DNA of 64,000 nucleotides from Candidatus Omnitrophota bacterium (lineage in GTDB: Bacteria; Omnitrophota; Gorgyraeia; Aquiviventales; Aquiviventaceae). This document shows, piece after piece, positions 48,301 to 58,690 of this stretch. Location of the stretch: contig JAHFGV010000005.1 of assembly GCA_023247255.1 (NCBI GenBank), positions 6,067 through 70,066 of the forward strand, in the 5' to 3' direction. The notes beneath the pieces were generated by a model that saw only the letters and a program-made list of their open reading frames with translations, had not been told where the DNA came from and searched no databases. The position numbers and the translations under genes are program-made. The first letter of the stretch is position 1. Each line of letters opens with the position of its first letter.

Positions 48301-48820
48301 GAATCCAGCAGATCGTCCCTACATTGGGGCGAAACCTGACGATCCGTTCTATCGGGTGGCGCGGCTGATGCTGCGTGTCAAGTACAACGCAGCCTACCCG
48401 TACAACGTCGTCATGATGAAGCACGGGACCTATATTGCCACCGAGAAATCTGTGAAGGCCCACGAGACGCGCAAGGATGGACGGGCCCTCTCCGCTGACA
48501 CCGGCTACCAGGCGAACTTCCGCTACGGGTCGCAGCAGAGTGTCACGCGCAACTGGCACATGCCGATGCACCAGACCGACTCACTCTTCCACAAGGCGAA
48601 GGTCTTCATGGGCTTTCTCTTCGGCGGCGAGGCGGACAATCACGCGGTCAACACGGTTCCGAAAGAGACGCTGGTGCGCGTGACGAAAGCGGAAGACGGC
48701 GGGTTGGGTGGCCAGGGCGTGTGGGCTCCGGCGACGACCGGCTATACCCCGGCCAACGAGAACGACACGATGAAGAAGTACCTCGAAGGCCGGTTCGTTG
48801 AGGAGAGCAAGAAATGGTAA
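45368..48820 (+). CDS. nxrA: periplasmic molybdopterin oxidoreductase alpha subunit, nitrite oxidoreductase/NarG-like (type II DMSO reductase family)
   Basis: 1150 aa with a twin-arginine signal MYLTRRQFLKLSGATGIGL. N-terminal Fe-S motif region (CSPNDTHAC). Large Mo-bisMGD domain. Size and neighbourhood (nxrB, narJ-like, nxrC-like) match a periplasmic NXR. Confidence 0.8.
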   Translation: MYLTRRQFLKLSGATGIGLYLASREVSLWALEPVSEIENPLAYYPSRDWEKLYRDQYRYDSTFSWVCSPNDTHACRVLAYVRNGVVVRLGSEYNYETYADLYGNKATPNWNPRQCAKGFTFHRLIYGPYRLKHPIIRNGWKRWADDGFPTLTPEKKTQYKFDSRGTDTFEKISWEDIYGYIARGLIAIATRYSGEPGITLLRAQGYPEEMIQAMGGAGTRTLKFRGGMGLLGVFGKYGMYRLANTMALLDVHLRGVKPEEAKAGRTWSNYTWHGDQAPGHPWVHGLQNADCDFNDLRFSKLIIQDGKNLCENKMTDSHWFIECMERGAKLVTIAPEYSPPASKSDYWIPIRPQTDAALFLGITRLMIDRGWYDREFILNFTDFPLLVRTDTLRRLRANEILPGYQGQLSKDGPSYKLQGLKDEQYAKLGDFVVWDESSGAPAAITRDDVGKRLVQKGVHPALEGTFTLNTVDGKRIEVMTLFSLYQLHLKDYDLDTVHEITRAPREQIEQLAKDIATISPVAIHQGEGINHYFHATEANRAAYLPLMLTGNIGQRGAGCYGWAGNYKAALFQGSPWTGPGFKGWVAEDPFEPNLDPNAHGKDIHAHAYFKDEEPAYWNHGDKPLIVETPKGGRKVFTGNTHMPTPTKAMLFTNVNLINNAKWVYEMLKNVNPNVEMILSIDIQMTASIEYADLALPANSWLEFEGLEVTASCSNPFLQIWKGGIPPVFDSRDDLVILAQIAEALGKEIGDTRCSDYWKFALEGKREVYIQRLLDSCTTTVGYRLEDIMAGKYGPPGAALMLFRTYPRIPFWEQVHEDLPFYTDHGRLSAYTDVPEAIEYGENFIVHREGAEATPYLPNVIVSSNPYIRPNDYGIPLSAEHWDDRTVRNVKMPWDQVKGTKNFLWEKGFQFYCLTPKSRHRVHSLWSNVDWHQIWDSNFGDPYRMDKRSPGVGEHQVHMNPQAAKDLGINDGDYAYVDANPADRPYIGAKPDDPFYRVARLMLRVKYNAAYPYNVVMMKHGTYIATEKSVKAHETRKDGRALSADTGYQANFRYGSQQSVTRNWHMPMHQTDSLFHKAKVFMGFLFGGEADNHAVNTVPKETLVRVTKAEDGGLGGQGVWAPATTGYTPANENDTMKKYLEGRFVEESKKW

Positions 48821-49521
48821 ACGAGAGCCGCGCTTACCGCAATCGATGGAAATATCTATGTGCAGGGCTTACGAGCGTCATGCTCGTTCTAGGACTCACT
48901 CCAATGAGCTGGGCGAGGGATGATCTCCAGGTGTGGAATACCATCGAGCTCAGCAAGCGGCTCGGTCCACATTGGGAGGTGTTTTTCCTTCCGGAGATAC
49001 GGATACGCGATGATGCGGGCGAGTTCTTTTACCACGAGTACCGCCAGGGTGTGCGCTACAAGCCCTCCAAACACTGGCAACTCGGGCTCAATTACCTATT
49101 CGTTCGCAACGAGTCCTCCGGCAAACCGCTCGAGGAGCATACCGGCGAGCTCGACCTCACGCCTAAAACGACGCTAGGCCCCCTCGAGGTCTCTCTGCGA
49201 GGGCGGCTGGCGCTGCGGACCATTCAAGGCAGCACCGGCGAGCAGGAATGGCAGTTTCGAGTGATGCCGAAGGTCGCGTATCCGACCCAGTTCGTCGGTC
49301 ACAAGCTCATCCCCTACGCCGCCGATGATCTGTACTACGACTACACCCGCGACGCGTGGAACCAGAACCGGGTGTTCCTTGGTCTTGCCATCCCCATGGG
49401 CAAGGCGCTTGGCGCCGAGACGACGGTGGATGTCTACTACATGCTCCAGAGTCAACTCGGCAAACGGCACGACTGGAGCAGCAGCCACGTCCTGGGGACG
49501 AAACTGAGTGTCAGATTTTGA
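48814..49521 (+). CDS. hypothetical secreted beta-rich protein (possible small outer-membrane barrel, DUF2490-like)
   Basis: Signal peptide, alternating hydrophobic pattern and a C-terminal ...LSVRF. Start overlaps the nxrA stop (ATGGTAA). Confidence 0.4.
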   Translation: MVNESRAYRNRWKYLCAGLTSVMLVLGLTPMSWARDDLQVWNTIELSKRLGPHWEVFFLPEIRIRDDAGEFFYHEYRQGVRYKPSKHWQLGLNYLFVRNESSGKPLEEHTGELDLTPKTTLGPLEVSLRGRLALRTIQGSTGEQEWQFRVMPKVAYPTQFVGHKLIPYAADDLYYDYTRDAWNQNRVFLGLAIPMGKALGAETTVDVYYMLQSQLGKRHDWSSSHVLGTKLSVRF

Positions 49522-49541
49522 CGAGATGAGGCGTGTGAGCG

Positions 49542-49818
49542 ATGCCGTATAAGGAACCCGAACCGGATGATCCTTTGGAGCTGACGGGAGTCGTCCTACC
49601 TGCTTCGGACGAGACGTCACTGAAGGAAATGGCCGTGTGTTTCGTCGAAGAGTTCCTGCGCGACGGCTGGTCGGATGAGCAGCTTCGTGCGATGTTCCGC
49701 AATCCCTACTACCGAGGTCCCTACCTCGTGTGGCGGCAGAAGGGCGATGCATACGTGGAGGCTGTGATCCAGGAAGTCCGTCACATCTGGCGCCCCAACG
49801 CAGCCGGAGGAGCGACTC

Positions 49819-49826
<8 letters not shown>
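49542..49826 (+). CDS. small hypothetical protein translationally coupled to nxrB
   Basis: 94 aa. Stop overlaps the nxrB start by 8 nt. No recognisable family. Confidence 0.35.
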
Positions 49827-51057
<1,231 letters not shown>

Positions 51058-51087
51058 ATTTTGCTGCGCAACATTTATTAACCGGAT

Positions 51088-51867
51088 ATGAATCCTACGA
51101 TAAATCTTCCTTCGGAAAATTTAATTGAGGACCTGCTGGCGAGAAGCGCCGTCTATCATGCGCTGTCGCTGCTGCTGCGCCATCCAGACGCGGCCGCCAT
51201 GAAGTGGCTGTCGATGCGGGAATATCAGCGGCTGGCTGAGGTCGTGGAGATGCTGACGAAGGAACGAAAGGGATCATTGCACGAGGCTGTGCGGTATATG
51301 ATGACGGCGTTCGAGGGGGTGTCGATTGCGGAGTGGACCCGCGACTATGAACGGATCTTCGGACACTCGGTCCAGAGCGCGGCGCCACCCTATGAACTGG
51401 AGTACGGCGAGGAGCACAGCCATCGGCAGCCGCAGGAGCTGGGCGATATCGCGGCATTCTATCGAGCGTTCGGCCTTCGCGTGGCCTTTGCCTCGCATGA
51501 GCGGATCGATCATATCGTCACGGAGTGCGACTTCATGCAGTACCTGCTCTATAAGCAAGCCTGTGCACTTGATGAGGGGAGCGAGGAGCGGGCGGATGTG
51601 TGCGAAACGGCAGCCCAGCAGTTCCTCGCTGATCACCTCGGTCGCTGGGGTCCGGCCTTTGCCCTAAGACTCTCGCGAGCGGCTGAGCAGAGAGTCTTGG
51701 GAGCGCTTGCCGATACGACCCTGGCATGGCTGGTGCAGGATTGCGAGCGTATGCAGGTGCCTACCGGATCACGCGACCTCCCGCTGCGACTGCCCAAGGA
51801 ACGGGATGAGGTGGGATGCGCAGCGTGCGCACCTCAGCAGCTAGGAAATACTGATGGCAAGCGTTGA
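51088..51867 (+). CDS. NarJ/TorD-family redox enzyme maturation chaperone
   Basis: 259 aa. LARSAVYHALSLLLRHPD ... AAFYRAFGL ... is the TorD/NarJ helical fold signature. Confidence 0.6.
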   Translation: MNPTINLPSENLIEDLLARSAVYHALSLLLRHPDAAAMKWLSMREYQRLAEVVEMLTKERKGSLHEAVRYMMTAFEGVSIAEWTRDYERIFGHSVQSAAPPYELEYGEEHSHRQPQELGDIAAFYRAFGLRVAFASHERIDHIVTECDFMQYLLYKQACALDEGSEERADVCETAAQQFLADHLGRWGPAFALRLSRAAEQRVLGALADTTLAWLVQDCERMQVPTGSRDLPLRLPKERDEVGCAACAPQQLGNTDGKR

Positions 51868-52801
51868 TGTCCAGTTTGATCCAGCATTTGTGGAAGAGAC
51901 GGTTTTCCTTGAATTGAGGAACCGGGAAGCCCTCGGCAATTGCGCGATGGCGCAGGCGTTTCATGTACAGCGCAGCGCCCTCTATGACACCACGACCGCA
52001 ACAGGCGAGCGCGAGGCGCGATTTCAGCAGCTGGCAGCCCGCTATTTCCAGGAGCTTGGATTCTCCGAGCTCTTTGCGAAACGGTTCGAAGAGTTTCCGC
52101 TGATCGGAGCGCATGTTCCTGTTGCGCTGGTGCGACGCGCCTGGAGCCGCAAGGAAGAGCGCGTTGAGTTATACGTTCCCCCTACGCCCGGTGGGGGCTC
52201 AAGCCTCAAAGCTTTTCCGACGCTGTGGATCGGTTTTCAGGTCGCCCGGTGCTTAAATCGCGAGCAGCTCGTGGCGTTCCTGCGGCATGAGCTCATGCAC
52301 ATCTCTGATATGTTTGACCCGGCGTTCGGGTACCAACCGCATCCAGACTTCGGCGCGGAGTGTGAAACAGAAGAGGACCTAATCCGTAAGCGCTTCCGAT
52401 TGCTGTGGAACCTCGTTGTGGATGGGCGGATGCGCCGGAAGGGCTGGCCGGCCGTTGACCATGGAACGACACGTCTTCGGGAGTTTGAGCGGGCGTTTGC
52501 CTCCTGGGACCCGCAGCGCCGCGAGGCGGTGTGGCCGGATCTTGGCAACCGAGCATCCTGCACGCAACGTGAGCTCCTGGAACTGGCGAAGGACGAACGT
52601 CTCACCCGGATGCTGGGGCAAGGCGGCGTTCGCTGCCCCTTGTGCCATTTTCCGACGCGGGAGGGCGTGTGCGATTGGCGTGGCGAACGCGCGGCTGTTG
52701 CTGAAGCGATCCAAACGGATTACGCCTGGTGGGATCCGGTTCAGGGAGCATGCCGGCAGTGCTTCGAGTTGTATCGCGCAAGGCTACCGGTGATGGGATG
52801 A
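51854..52801 (+). CDS. hypothetical HExxH-motif protein with C-terminal Cys-rich zinc ribbon
   Basis: FLRHELMHISDMF (HExxH) and C-terminal CPLCHFPTREGVCDW ... CRQC. SprT-like metalloprotein is a possibility. Confidence 0.4.
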   Translation: MASVDVQFDPAFVEETVFLELRNREALGNCAMAQAFHVQRSALYDTTTATGEREARFQQLAARYFQELGFSELFAKRFEEFPLIGAHVPVALVRRAWSRKEERVELYVPPTPGGGSSLKAFPTLWIGFQVARCLNREQLVAFLRHELMHISDMFDPAFGYQPHPDFGAECETEEDLIRKRFRLLWNLVVDGRMRRKGWPAVDHGTTRLREFERAFASWDPQRREAVWPDLGNRASCTQRELLELAKDERLTRMLGQGGVRCPLCHFPTREGVCDWRGERAAVAEAIQTDYAWWDPVQGACRQCFELYRARLPVMG

Positions 52802-53172
52802 CGCGCGAAGACGCAAATGCGACGAACGGCGAAATCAATCGGCGCACGTTTCTCGCCTCGGCGCCTCGGCACCTGCTGGACGGGCTGAGAGCGCTGATGA
52901 GCGATCTCAGAGGGCTCTCGCCGCCTGTCTTGGATGACCAGGCATGGCCGCTTCCTCGAAAGGTGGCGATGCTGGATGTCTCGCGGTGTCTCGCGTGGGG
53001 AGGAGGGGGCTGTCAGGTGTGTTATCTCCGGTGTCCCCTGCGTGAGCGTGCGATGGTGTTTGAGGATGGCAAACCAACGGTGGTGGCTTCCATGTGCGAC
53101 GGCTGTGGTGTCTGTGTCGAGGCGTGCGAAGCCGTCAATGACCTTGGAGCGATGACGCGTGTGAGTGTATGA
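52798..53172 (+). CDS. TAT-signal ferredoxin-like protein
   Basis: RRTFLASAP twin-arginine motif. Cys clusters CQVCYLRCP and CDGCGVCVEACE. Confidence 0.5.
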   Translation: MTREDANATNGEINRRTFLASAPRHLLDGLRALMSDLRGLSPPVLDDQAWPLPRKVAMLDVSRCLAWGGGGCQVCYLRCPLRERAMVFEDGKPTVVASMCDGCGVCVEACEAVNDLGAMTRVSV

Positions 53173-53888
53173 CGCGCGTCAGGGTTCTTTGGGGTGTGAT
53201 CGCGTAGGGTACGTGGTGGGATGACAATTCGAAACGACGCTCCGAGTTCAGCGACCTAAGCTCGCGTGATGGCGGGGATGGTCCCTGAACCCCTGTCCCA
53301 CACGCAACGCCGCGTGTAGGACCGGGCCGGGAAGGAAACGACTCGGCCTCCTCGTGTTCGGAAAGGAGACGGCAGGCTGGAGTATCGTCAAGCCAGCTTC
53401 TCTTTCCACACGAGGAGCTGGCTTGTTTCGTCACTGAGGGACGGTACCCGATGCAGGAACAACGTGTGACGCTCTGGTGCAAGGTGTTGGGTCGGCTGGT
53501 TGAGGTGGTCATCGCCAGGAATCACCATGCCCAGCCACCAGTCCCAGGGGTCCCTGAAGGCTGGAAGGTAACGGAGTGTCTGGAGAAAGACACGCCGTGT
53601 TTTGGCAAGGGCTGTCCGTTCACTACGGATGGTGGAGAGTCCCCCTTTGGGGAGGCGGGCGAGCTGCCCGATCTCTCCTCTGAGTCGTTCGATCCGCTCG
53701 CTGAACCAGGGTCTGAGGGAAAGGGTAGTTGACCCCACCACCTGTCTGTCAAGGCAGCTCCGTTGTTCCACGCTGACAGGATGCCTTGATGGACGTGACA
53801 GGGAATCGGACACGATGTTTCGGTATACAGTAAAAAGATTAGTAGGCACGTCCAAGACCGCCGTCTGCGGTTCCAGCCAGGTGGTGCG

Positions 53889-54875
53889 GTGATGGGCGCA
53901 CTCTGCGATCGGTTTGGCCGTCGCATCGAGTACCTGCGCATCTCGGTGACGGATCGGTGTAACCTCCGCTGCATCTATTGCCTGCCGGCGTGCGGAATCA
54001 AGTGGCTGCCGCGCGAGGAGATCCTGCGGTTTGAGGAGATCCGGGAAATCGTTCGCGTTGGGATAGCCCTGGGACTCACCCATGTGCGGCTGACCGGCGG
54101 CGAGCCACTCATCCGCGAAGGCCTTGCCGAGCTCGTCCAGATGCTCGCGGCGATCCCACACCTCGAAGACCTCTCCTTGAGTACGAACGGGGTGTTGCTC
54201 TCGCGAGACGCGAGGACGCTTGCGCGCGCCGGCCTTCGGCGCGTCAACATCAGCCTCGACACGCTAAAGGCTGAGCGGTTTCATGCCATCACGCGCTTCG
54301 GCGCGGTGTCCGATGTCCAGGCGGGGATTGAAGCTGCCTTGGAAGTGGGGCTTGATCCGGTCAAGCTCAATGTCGTGGTCATGCGCGGAATCAACGACGA
54401 TGAACTCGTTGAACTGGGTCGCCTCACAATCGATCGACCACTCCATGTGCGCTTTATCGAGCTGATGCCCATCGGGGATTTCTTCTCACGGGAGCGCCTG
54501 GTGCCGTCCGAGGAAATCCTCGCGTGTCTGGGCGCGTTGGGTGAGCTGTGGCCGAGTAGTGGCCCAGGTGGTTGCGGCCCGGCGAGAACGTTTGCGTTGG
54601 ACAAAGCGCAGGGAACCATCGGCATCATCGGGGCGGTAACGCAGGCCTTCTGTGCGCAGTGCAATCGGCTTCGGCTGACGGCAACCGGCCAGTTGCGGCC
54701 GTGTCTTGATGATACCGCAGCGGTTGATCTCAAACCCGCGCTGCGCCCCGCGATTGATCCCGGGCGGCTCGCTGAGTTGGTGCAACAGGCCGTAGAAGCA
54801 AAACCAGAGCAGCACAGCATGGCGCAACGGGATGCGGGGACCCCCCGCTTCTGCATGGCGGGAGTCGGCGGATGA
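53889..54875 (+). CDS. moaA: GTP 3',8-cyclase (molybdenum cofactor biosynthesis protein A)
   Basis: Radical-SAM CNLRCIYC and C-terminal Cys cluster CAQCNRLRLT. 328 aa. Confidence 0.85.
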   Translation: MMGALCDRFGRRIEYLRISVTDRCNLRCIYCLPACGIKWLPREEILRFEEIREIVRVGIALGLTHVRLTGGEPLIREGLAELVQMLAAIPHLEDLSLSTNGVLLSRDARTLARAGLRRVNISLDTLKAERFHAITRFGAVSDVQAGIEAALEVGLDPVKLNVVVMRGINDDELVELGRLTIDRPLHVRFIELMPIGDFFSRERLVPSEEILACLGALGELWPSSGPGGCGPARTFALDKAQGTIGIIGAVTQAFCAQCNRLRLTATGQLRPCLDDTAAVDLKPALRPAIDPGRLAELVQQAVEAKPEQHSMAQRDAGTPRFCMAGVGG

Positions 54876-55348
54876 AGATGGTTTCGACGCAGCGTCGACA
54901 CAACGCGCAGGTGCGCATGGCGGATGTAAGCGCGAAGTCCCCAATCCTCCGGACGGCGGTGGCGCGGTGTGAACTGGTGATGAAGCCAAGGACGCTGGCG
55001 ACCATTAAGGCGGGCAAACTGCCAAAGGGCGATGTATGGCCGGTCGCCCAGGTCGCGGGGATTCTGGCGACGAAGCGAACGGCCGAGCTCATCCCCCTGT
55101 GCCATCCAATTTCAATCAACCATGTCACCTTGCGTCAGGAATTGAATGGGCGATGTGTGACAATTGAAGCTGAGGTCACCACGACGGCGCCCACAGGCCC
55201 GGAAATGGAAGCCCTGACGGCGGCGGCCGTCGCGGCGCTTACGGTCTACGACATGTGCAAAGTCATCGAACGGGGCATCGTGATTCGACAGCTGTATCTG
55301 GTGAGCAAGTCAGGTGGTAAGAGCGGCACGTGGAGGCGACATCAGTAA
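54872..55348 (+). CDS. moaC: cyclic pyranopterin monophosphate synthase MoaC
   Basis: 158 aa with MoaC-like conservation (RMADVSAK ... LIPLCHPI ... ALTVYDMCK). Confidence 0.85.
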   Translation: MKMVSTQRRHNAQVRMADVSAKSPILRTAVARCELVMKPRTLATIKAGKLPKGDVWPVAQVAGILATKRTAELIPLCHPISINHVTLRQELNGRCVTIEAEVTTTAPTGPEMEALTAAAVAALTVYDMCKVIERGIVIRQLYLVSKSGGKSGTWRRHQ

Positions 55349-55584
55349 TGTGGTCACGCTGTTGGTGGGCGACCTGGGTGTCAGGGTTCTTCGGGATCGC
55401 CGGTGTCTTGCATGTGGCGAGGTTCTTCTTCCGCGTTCCCGTGCGGGTCGGGACGTATGATGTCCCGCTCAGGGTCAGCGTGCTGGTTGGCGTGGTGTTC
55501 GTCAGCATCTCAGCGGGGTTGCTCTGGATCGAGGTCCAGCGTGAGCGAACCAAGCGTCGCTCAGTGGGAGAACAGAAGGCGTAA
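55330..55584 (+). CDS. small hypothetical membrane protein
   Basis: Two predicted TM helices between moaC and mogA. Weak. Confidence 0.3.
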   Translation: MEATSVMWSRCWWATWVSGFFGIAGVLHVARFFFRVPVRVGTYDVPLRVSVLVGVVFVSISAGLLWIEVQRERTKRRSVGEQKA

Positions 55585-55585
55585 G

Positions 55586-56068
55586 ATGACGTGGGAGGTG
55601 GGGATTCTGACCGTCAGCGACACGCGCTCTCAAGGCATCCGGGCAGACACGGCGACAGCGCTCATCCGCCAACTCTTGGAGAAGGCCGGGTTTGCGGTGT
55701 GCGAGACCCTCCTGGTTCCAGATGATGTCCGGCAGATTCAAGAGCTGCTCATCGACTTCGCCGATCGGCGGAAGCTTCCACTCGTTATCACAACCGGGGG
55801 GACAGGCTTTGGGCCACGCGACGTGACCCCGGAGGCGACGTGTCGTGTGATCGAACGCGAGGTGCCGGGTTTGCCTGAAGCGATGCGAGTGGCCACGGCA
55901 GAACGAAATCCTCTAGCTTGGTTATCACGTGGCGTGGCGGGACTGCGAGGCCGCACCCTGATCGTCAATCTCCCAGGTAATCCCGATGGCGCAATGGAGT
56001 GCTTAGAGGCGCTCCTGCCGCTATTGCCGCATGCACTTGAGATGGTCAACGGATGCGCTCATGGGTGA
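55586..56068 (+). CDS. mogA: molybdopterin adenylyltransferase MogA/MoaB-like
   Basis: Start MTWEVGILTVSDTRS ... ITTGGTGFGPRDVTPEA ... NLPGNP. Confidence 0.7.
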   Translation: MTWEVGILTVSDTRSQGIRADTATALIRQLLEKAGFAVCETLLVPDDVRQIQELLIDFADRRKLPLVITTGGTGFGPRDVTPEATCRVIEREVPGLPEAMRVATAERNPLAWLSRGVAGLRGRTLIVNLPGNPDGAMECLEALLPLLPHALEMVNGCAHG

Positions 56069-56705
56069 CCATCAGCACCACGCGCAGACCATTCGGCACT
56101 TTGGGCACCTGGCCGCCCACTACGACCATCGGCATCGGCACTATAACCAGGTGACCTTGAGCCGGGCGGTGGAAGCGCTAAAGCTCTCTCCGGCGGGATG
56201 TGTGCTCGACGTGGGGTGTGGGACCGGGGAGCTGATGCGGCTCGTGCAGAGTCACCATCCGCAGGCAACCCTCGTCGGGATCGGTGTGACGCCTGAGATG
56301 ATTGCGGTCACACGGGAGAAATTTCAGCACGTGCCTCGGGTGAGGTTGTGCCTCGCGGAAGCCGAGGCGCTGCCGTTTGCTGCGGAAAGTTTCGAGGCGG
56401 TCGTCTCCTGTAACATGTTGCATCATGTGCACGCGATCGACCAGTTGTTTCGCGAATGTGCGCGGGTCCTGCGACCCCAGGGTCAATTGGTCGTTGTCGA
56501 CTGGTCCCGGGACTTCTGGCACTGCCAGCTGGCCCACTACTGTCTCCGTCTTGTCAAGCGTAGCTACGTGAAGATGTACCGCGCGTCCGAACTCGTCAAG
56601 CTCGCTGCGCCGCTTGGCCTAGCCGTGGAGGATGTCAGCCGGTTCTTCGTGCCACCCTATTTCGGGATGATGCGGGTGGTGGCCACAAGGCAGGAGACGC
56701 CTTGA
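56061..56705 (+). CDS. class I SAM-dependent methyltransferase
   Basis: VLDVGCGTGELMRLV (motif I), LPFAAESFEAVVS, RVLRPQGQLVVVD. Start MGDHQ overlaps the mogA stop. Confidence 0.6.
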   Translation: MGDHQHHAQTIRHFGHLAAHYDHRHRHYNQVTLSRAVEALKLSPAGCVLDVGCGTGELMRLVQSHHPQATLVGIGVTPEMIAVTREKFQHVPRVRLCLAEAEALPFAAESFEAVVSCNMLHHVHAIDQLFRECARVLRPQGQLVVVDWSRDFWHCQLAHYCLRLVKRSYVKMYRASELVKLAAPLGLAVEDVSRFFVPPYFGMMRVVATRQETP

Positions 56706-56706
56706 G

Positions 56707-57440
56707 ATGGACGGCCTGTGGTGGCTTGTCCCTGTGTTTTTTGTGATTGCCCTGGCATACGCTTCGGTGGGGCACGGGGGCGCATCGGGGTATCTGGCGG
56801 CGCTGTCGTTTTTCGCCTTCTGTCCGGATGAAATGGCCACGACGGCGCTCACGTTGAATCTCTTCGTAGCTGGCATAGCCCTGATGAGCTTTGCGCGGGC
56901 AGGCCATTTTGTCGGCCGACTCACGTGGCCGTTTGTCGTCGCGTCGGTCCCAGCCGCTTTTCTGGGAGGGCTCATCCCTGTGTCGGTTCGCTTCTATCAG
57001 GTGCTGCTCGCGATCGCCTTGGGCGTGGCGGCGGTCCGTCTTTCCCTGGATCTCCGTGGCCGAGAAGAGGGTCGTGTCGTGAGGCCCAGCTTGGCGCTCG
57101 CGTTGCCGACCGGCGGCGGAATCGGGTGGCTCTCGGGAGTAGTCGGCGTAGGAGGAGGGATTTTCCTGAGCCCCTTTCTGCTGTTATTGCGCTGGGCTAC
57201 CCCAAAGCAGACAGCCGCCGCTTCAGCCGCGTTCATCCTCATCAATTCAGCCGCCGGTCTTTGCGGGCGGTCAGATCCGGCCTTGAGTATGGAACCCTGT
57301 GGCCGTTGCTCGCAGCCGCCCTGATCGGTGGATGGGTTGGCGCACACCTGGGCGCGAACCATTTCTCTGGACAGATACTAAAACGGCTCCTGGCGGTCAT
57401 ACTTCTCATCGCAGCTGCCAAGTTGCTTATCAGCCAATGA
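56707..57440 (+). CDS. TauE/SafE-family anion exporter (interrupted by a frameshift near 57268)
   Basis: Frame 1 matches TauE through NSAAGLCG. The -1 frame continues with the conserved C-terminus SGLEYGTLWPLLAAALIGGWVGAHLG ... LLIAAAKLL. The shift lies in a GGG run. Confidence 0.55.
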
Positions 57441-58690
57441 GCGCACACAGGACACAGGTTCACGTTTCGGCACCCCGCCTCACCCGTGTTGACGAAGCCA
57501 GACGCATCGTGCTGGCGCAGGCCACGACGCTTGGCCCAGAACGGGTGCGGTTGGAGGATGGCATCGGCCGGGTCCTTGCGCAAGACGTCATCGCCGAGGC
57601 GAGCTTACCTCCCTTTGACAACTCGGCGATGGATGGCTATACCGTTCGATCCGCCGATACGGCTGGTGCGTCACGAGAACAACCCGTGAGGCTGAAGCTT
57701 GTCGGTAAGGTGGCTGCTGGTCAGACGCTGGAACGTGAGGTCAACCGAGGCGAGGCGGCCAAGATCATGACCGGGGCGCCGCTTCCGATCGGGGCCGATA
57801 GCGTCGTGATGTTAGAAGAAGCGCGGTTCCGTGATGGGATCGTCGAGATCCGAAGTCCCGTGGCGCCTGGGAGCCACATCCGCAAAGTAGGTGAGGATAT
57901 CCCGGCGGGCAACAGCGTCCTCACGGCGGGGTCCCGGATTCGCCTCCAGCATCTCGGTCTGCTCGCTGGGTTGGGATATGCGACGCTTCCGGTCTATCGC
58001 TCGCCCACCGTCGTGGTCCTGGCGACCGGCAGCGAACTCGTGAACATCGACGAGCCACTGGCGCCAGGAAAGATCCGCAACTCCAACGGCTTGGTGCTGG
58101 CTGCCCTCCTGCGCCAGCTTGGGATCCAGCCCCTTGATCTGGGCACGGCGGTTGATGAACGAGTGCGCATCCAGCGAAAGCTCCAGGAAGCTGCCGCGTC
58201 TGACGTCATCCTGATTTCTGGAGGCGTGTCAGTTGGCGAACACGATCTCGTGAAGCGCATTCTGCGGGATCTGGGGATGGAGATATTCTTCTGGCGGGTC
58301 AACATGAAACCCGGAAAGCCGCTGCTCTTCGGGCGCTGGCGAGGCAAAGTGATATTTGGGTTGCCAGGCAATCCCATTTCCTGTGTGGTGTGTTTTCTGG
58401 AATTCATCAGTCCGTTTCTGAGAAAAGTGATGGGGGAACGGGACGTGGATCAGGGACGGGTTCACGCACGGCTCACTCAGTCGATCAGGAAGAAAGAGCC
58501 ACGTAGGCAACTCTTCACGGCGAAGCTCGAAGAGGATCAGGGCGGGCTTTCGGTGACGCCGACACCGCAGCAGGGCTCAGGGATGCTCAACAGCCTTGCG
58601 CAGGCGAATGCCTTCATCGTCGTTCCTGAGGAAACGATGCGACTTGAGGCCAGTGATCTCGTCGAAGTCCTACCACTGTGGGGTGACTGA
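57437..58690 (+). CDS. moeA: molybdopterin molybdotransferase MoeA
   Basis: About 417 aa from MSAHRTQ. MoeA-like (GKIRNSNG, ISGGVSVGEHD). Confidence 0.8.
   Translation: MSAHRTQVHVSAPRLTRVDEARRIVLAQATTLGPERVRLEDGIGRVLAQDVIAEASLPPFDNSAMDGYTVRSADTAGASREQPVRLKLVGKVAAGQTLEREVNRGEAAKIMTGAPLPIGADSVVMLEEARFRDGIVEIRSPVAPGSHIRKVGEDIPAGNSVLTAGSRIRLQHLGLLAGLGYATLPVYRSPTVVVLATGSELVNIDEPLAPGKIRNSNGLVLAALLRQLGIQPLDLGTAVDERVRIQRKLQEAAASDVILISGGVSVGEHDLVKRILRDLGMEIFFWRVNMKPGKPLLFGRWRGKVIFGLPGNPISCVVCFLEFISPFLRKVMGERDVDQGRVHARLTQSIRKKEPRRQLFTAKLEEDQGGLSVTPTPQQGSGMLNSLAQANAFIVVPEETMRLEASDLVEVLPLWGD

Noticed and set aside
53700-53888. Molybdenum cofactor riboswitch upstream of moaA
   Set aside because: The position is suggestive, but I cannot recognise the conserved Moco-motif helices by eye. 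It is kept only as a low-interest note on the gap.
53388-54161. 257-aa minus-strand ORF overlapping the moaA start
   Set aside because: No recognisable domain. It overlaps the well-supported moaA and lies in the unexplained gap, so it was left uncalled.
54281-55105. 274-aa minus-strand ORF
   Set aside because: Antisense to moaA/moaC.
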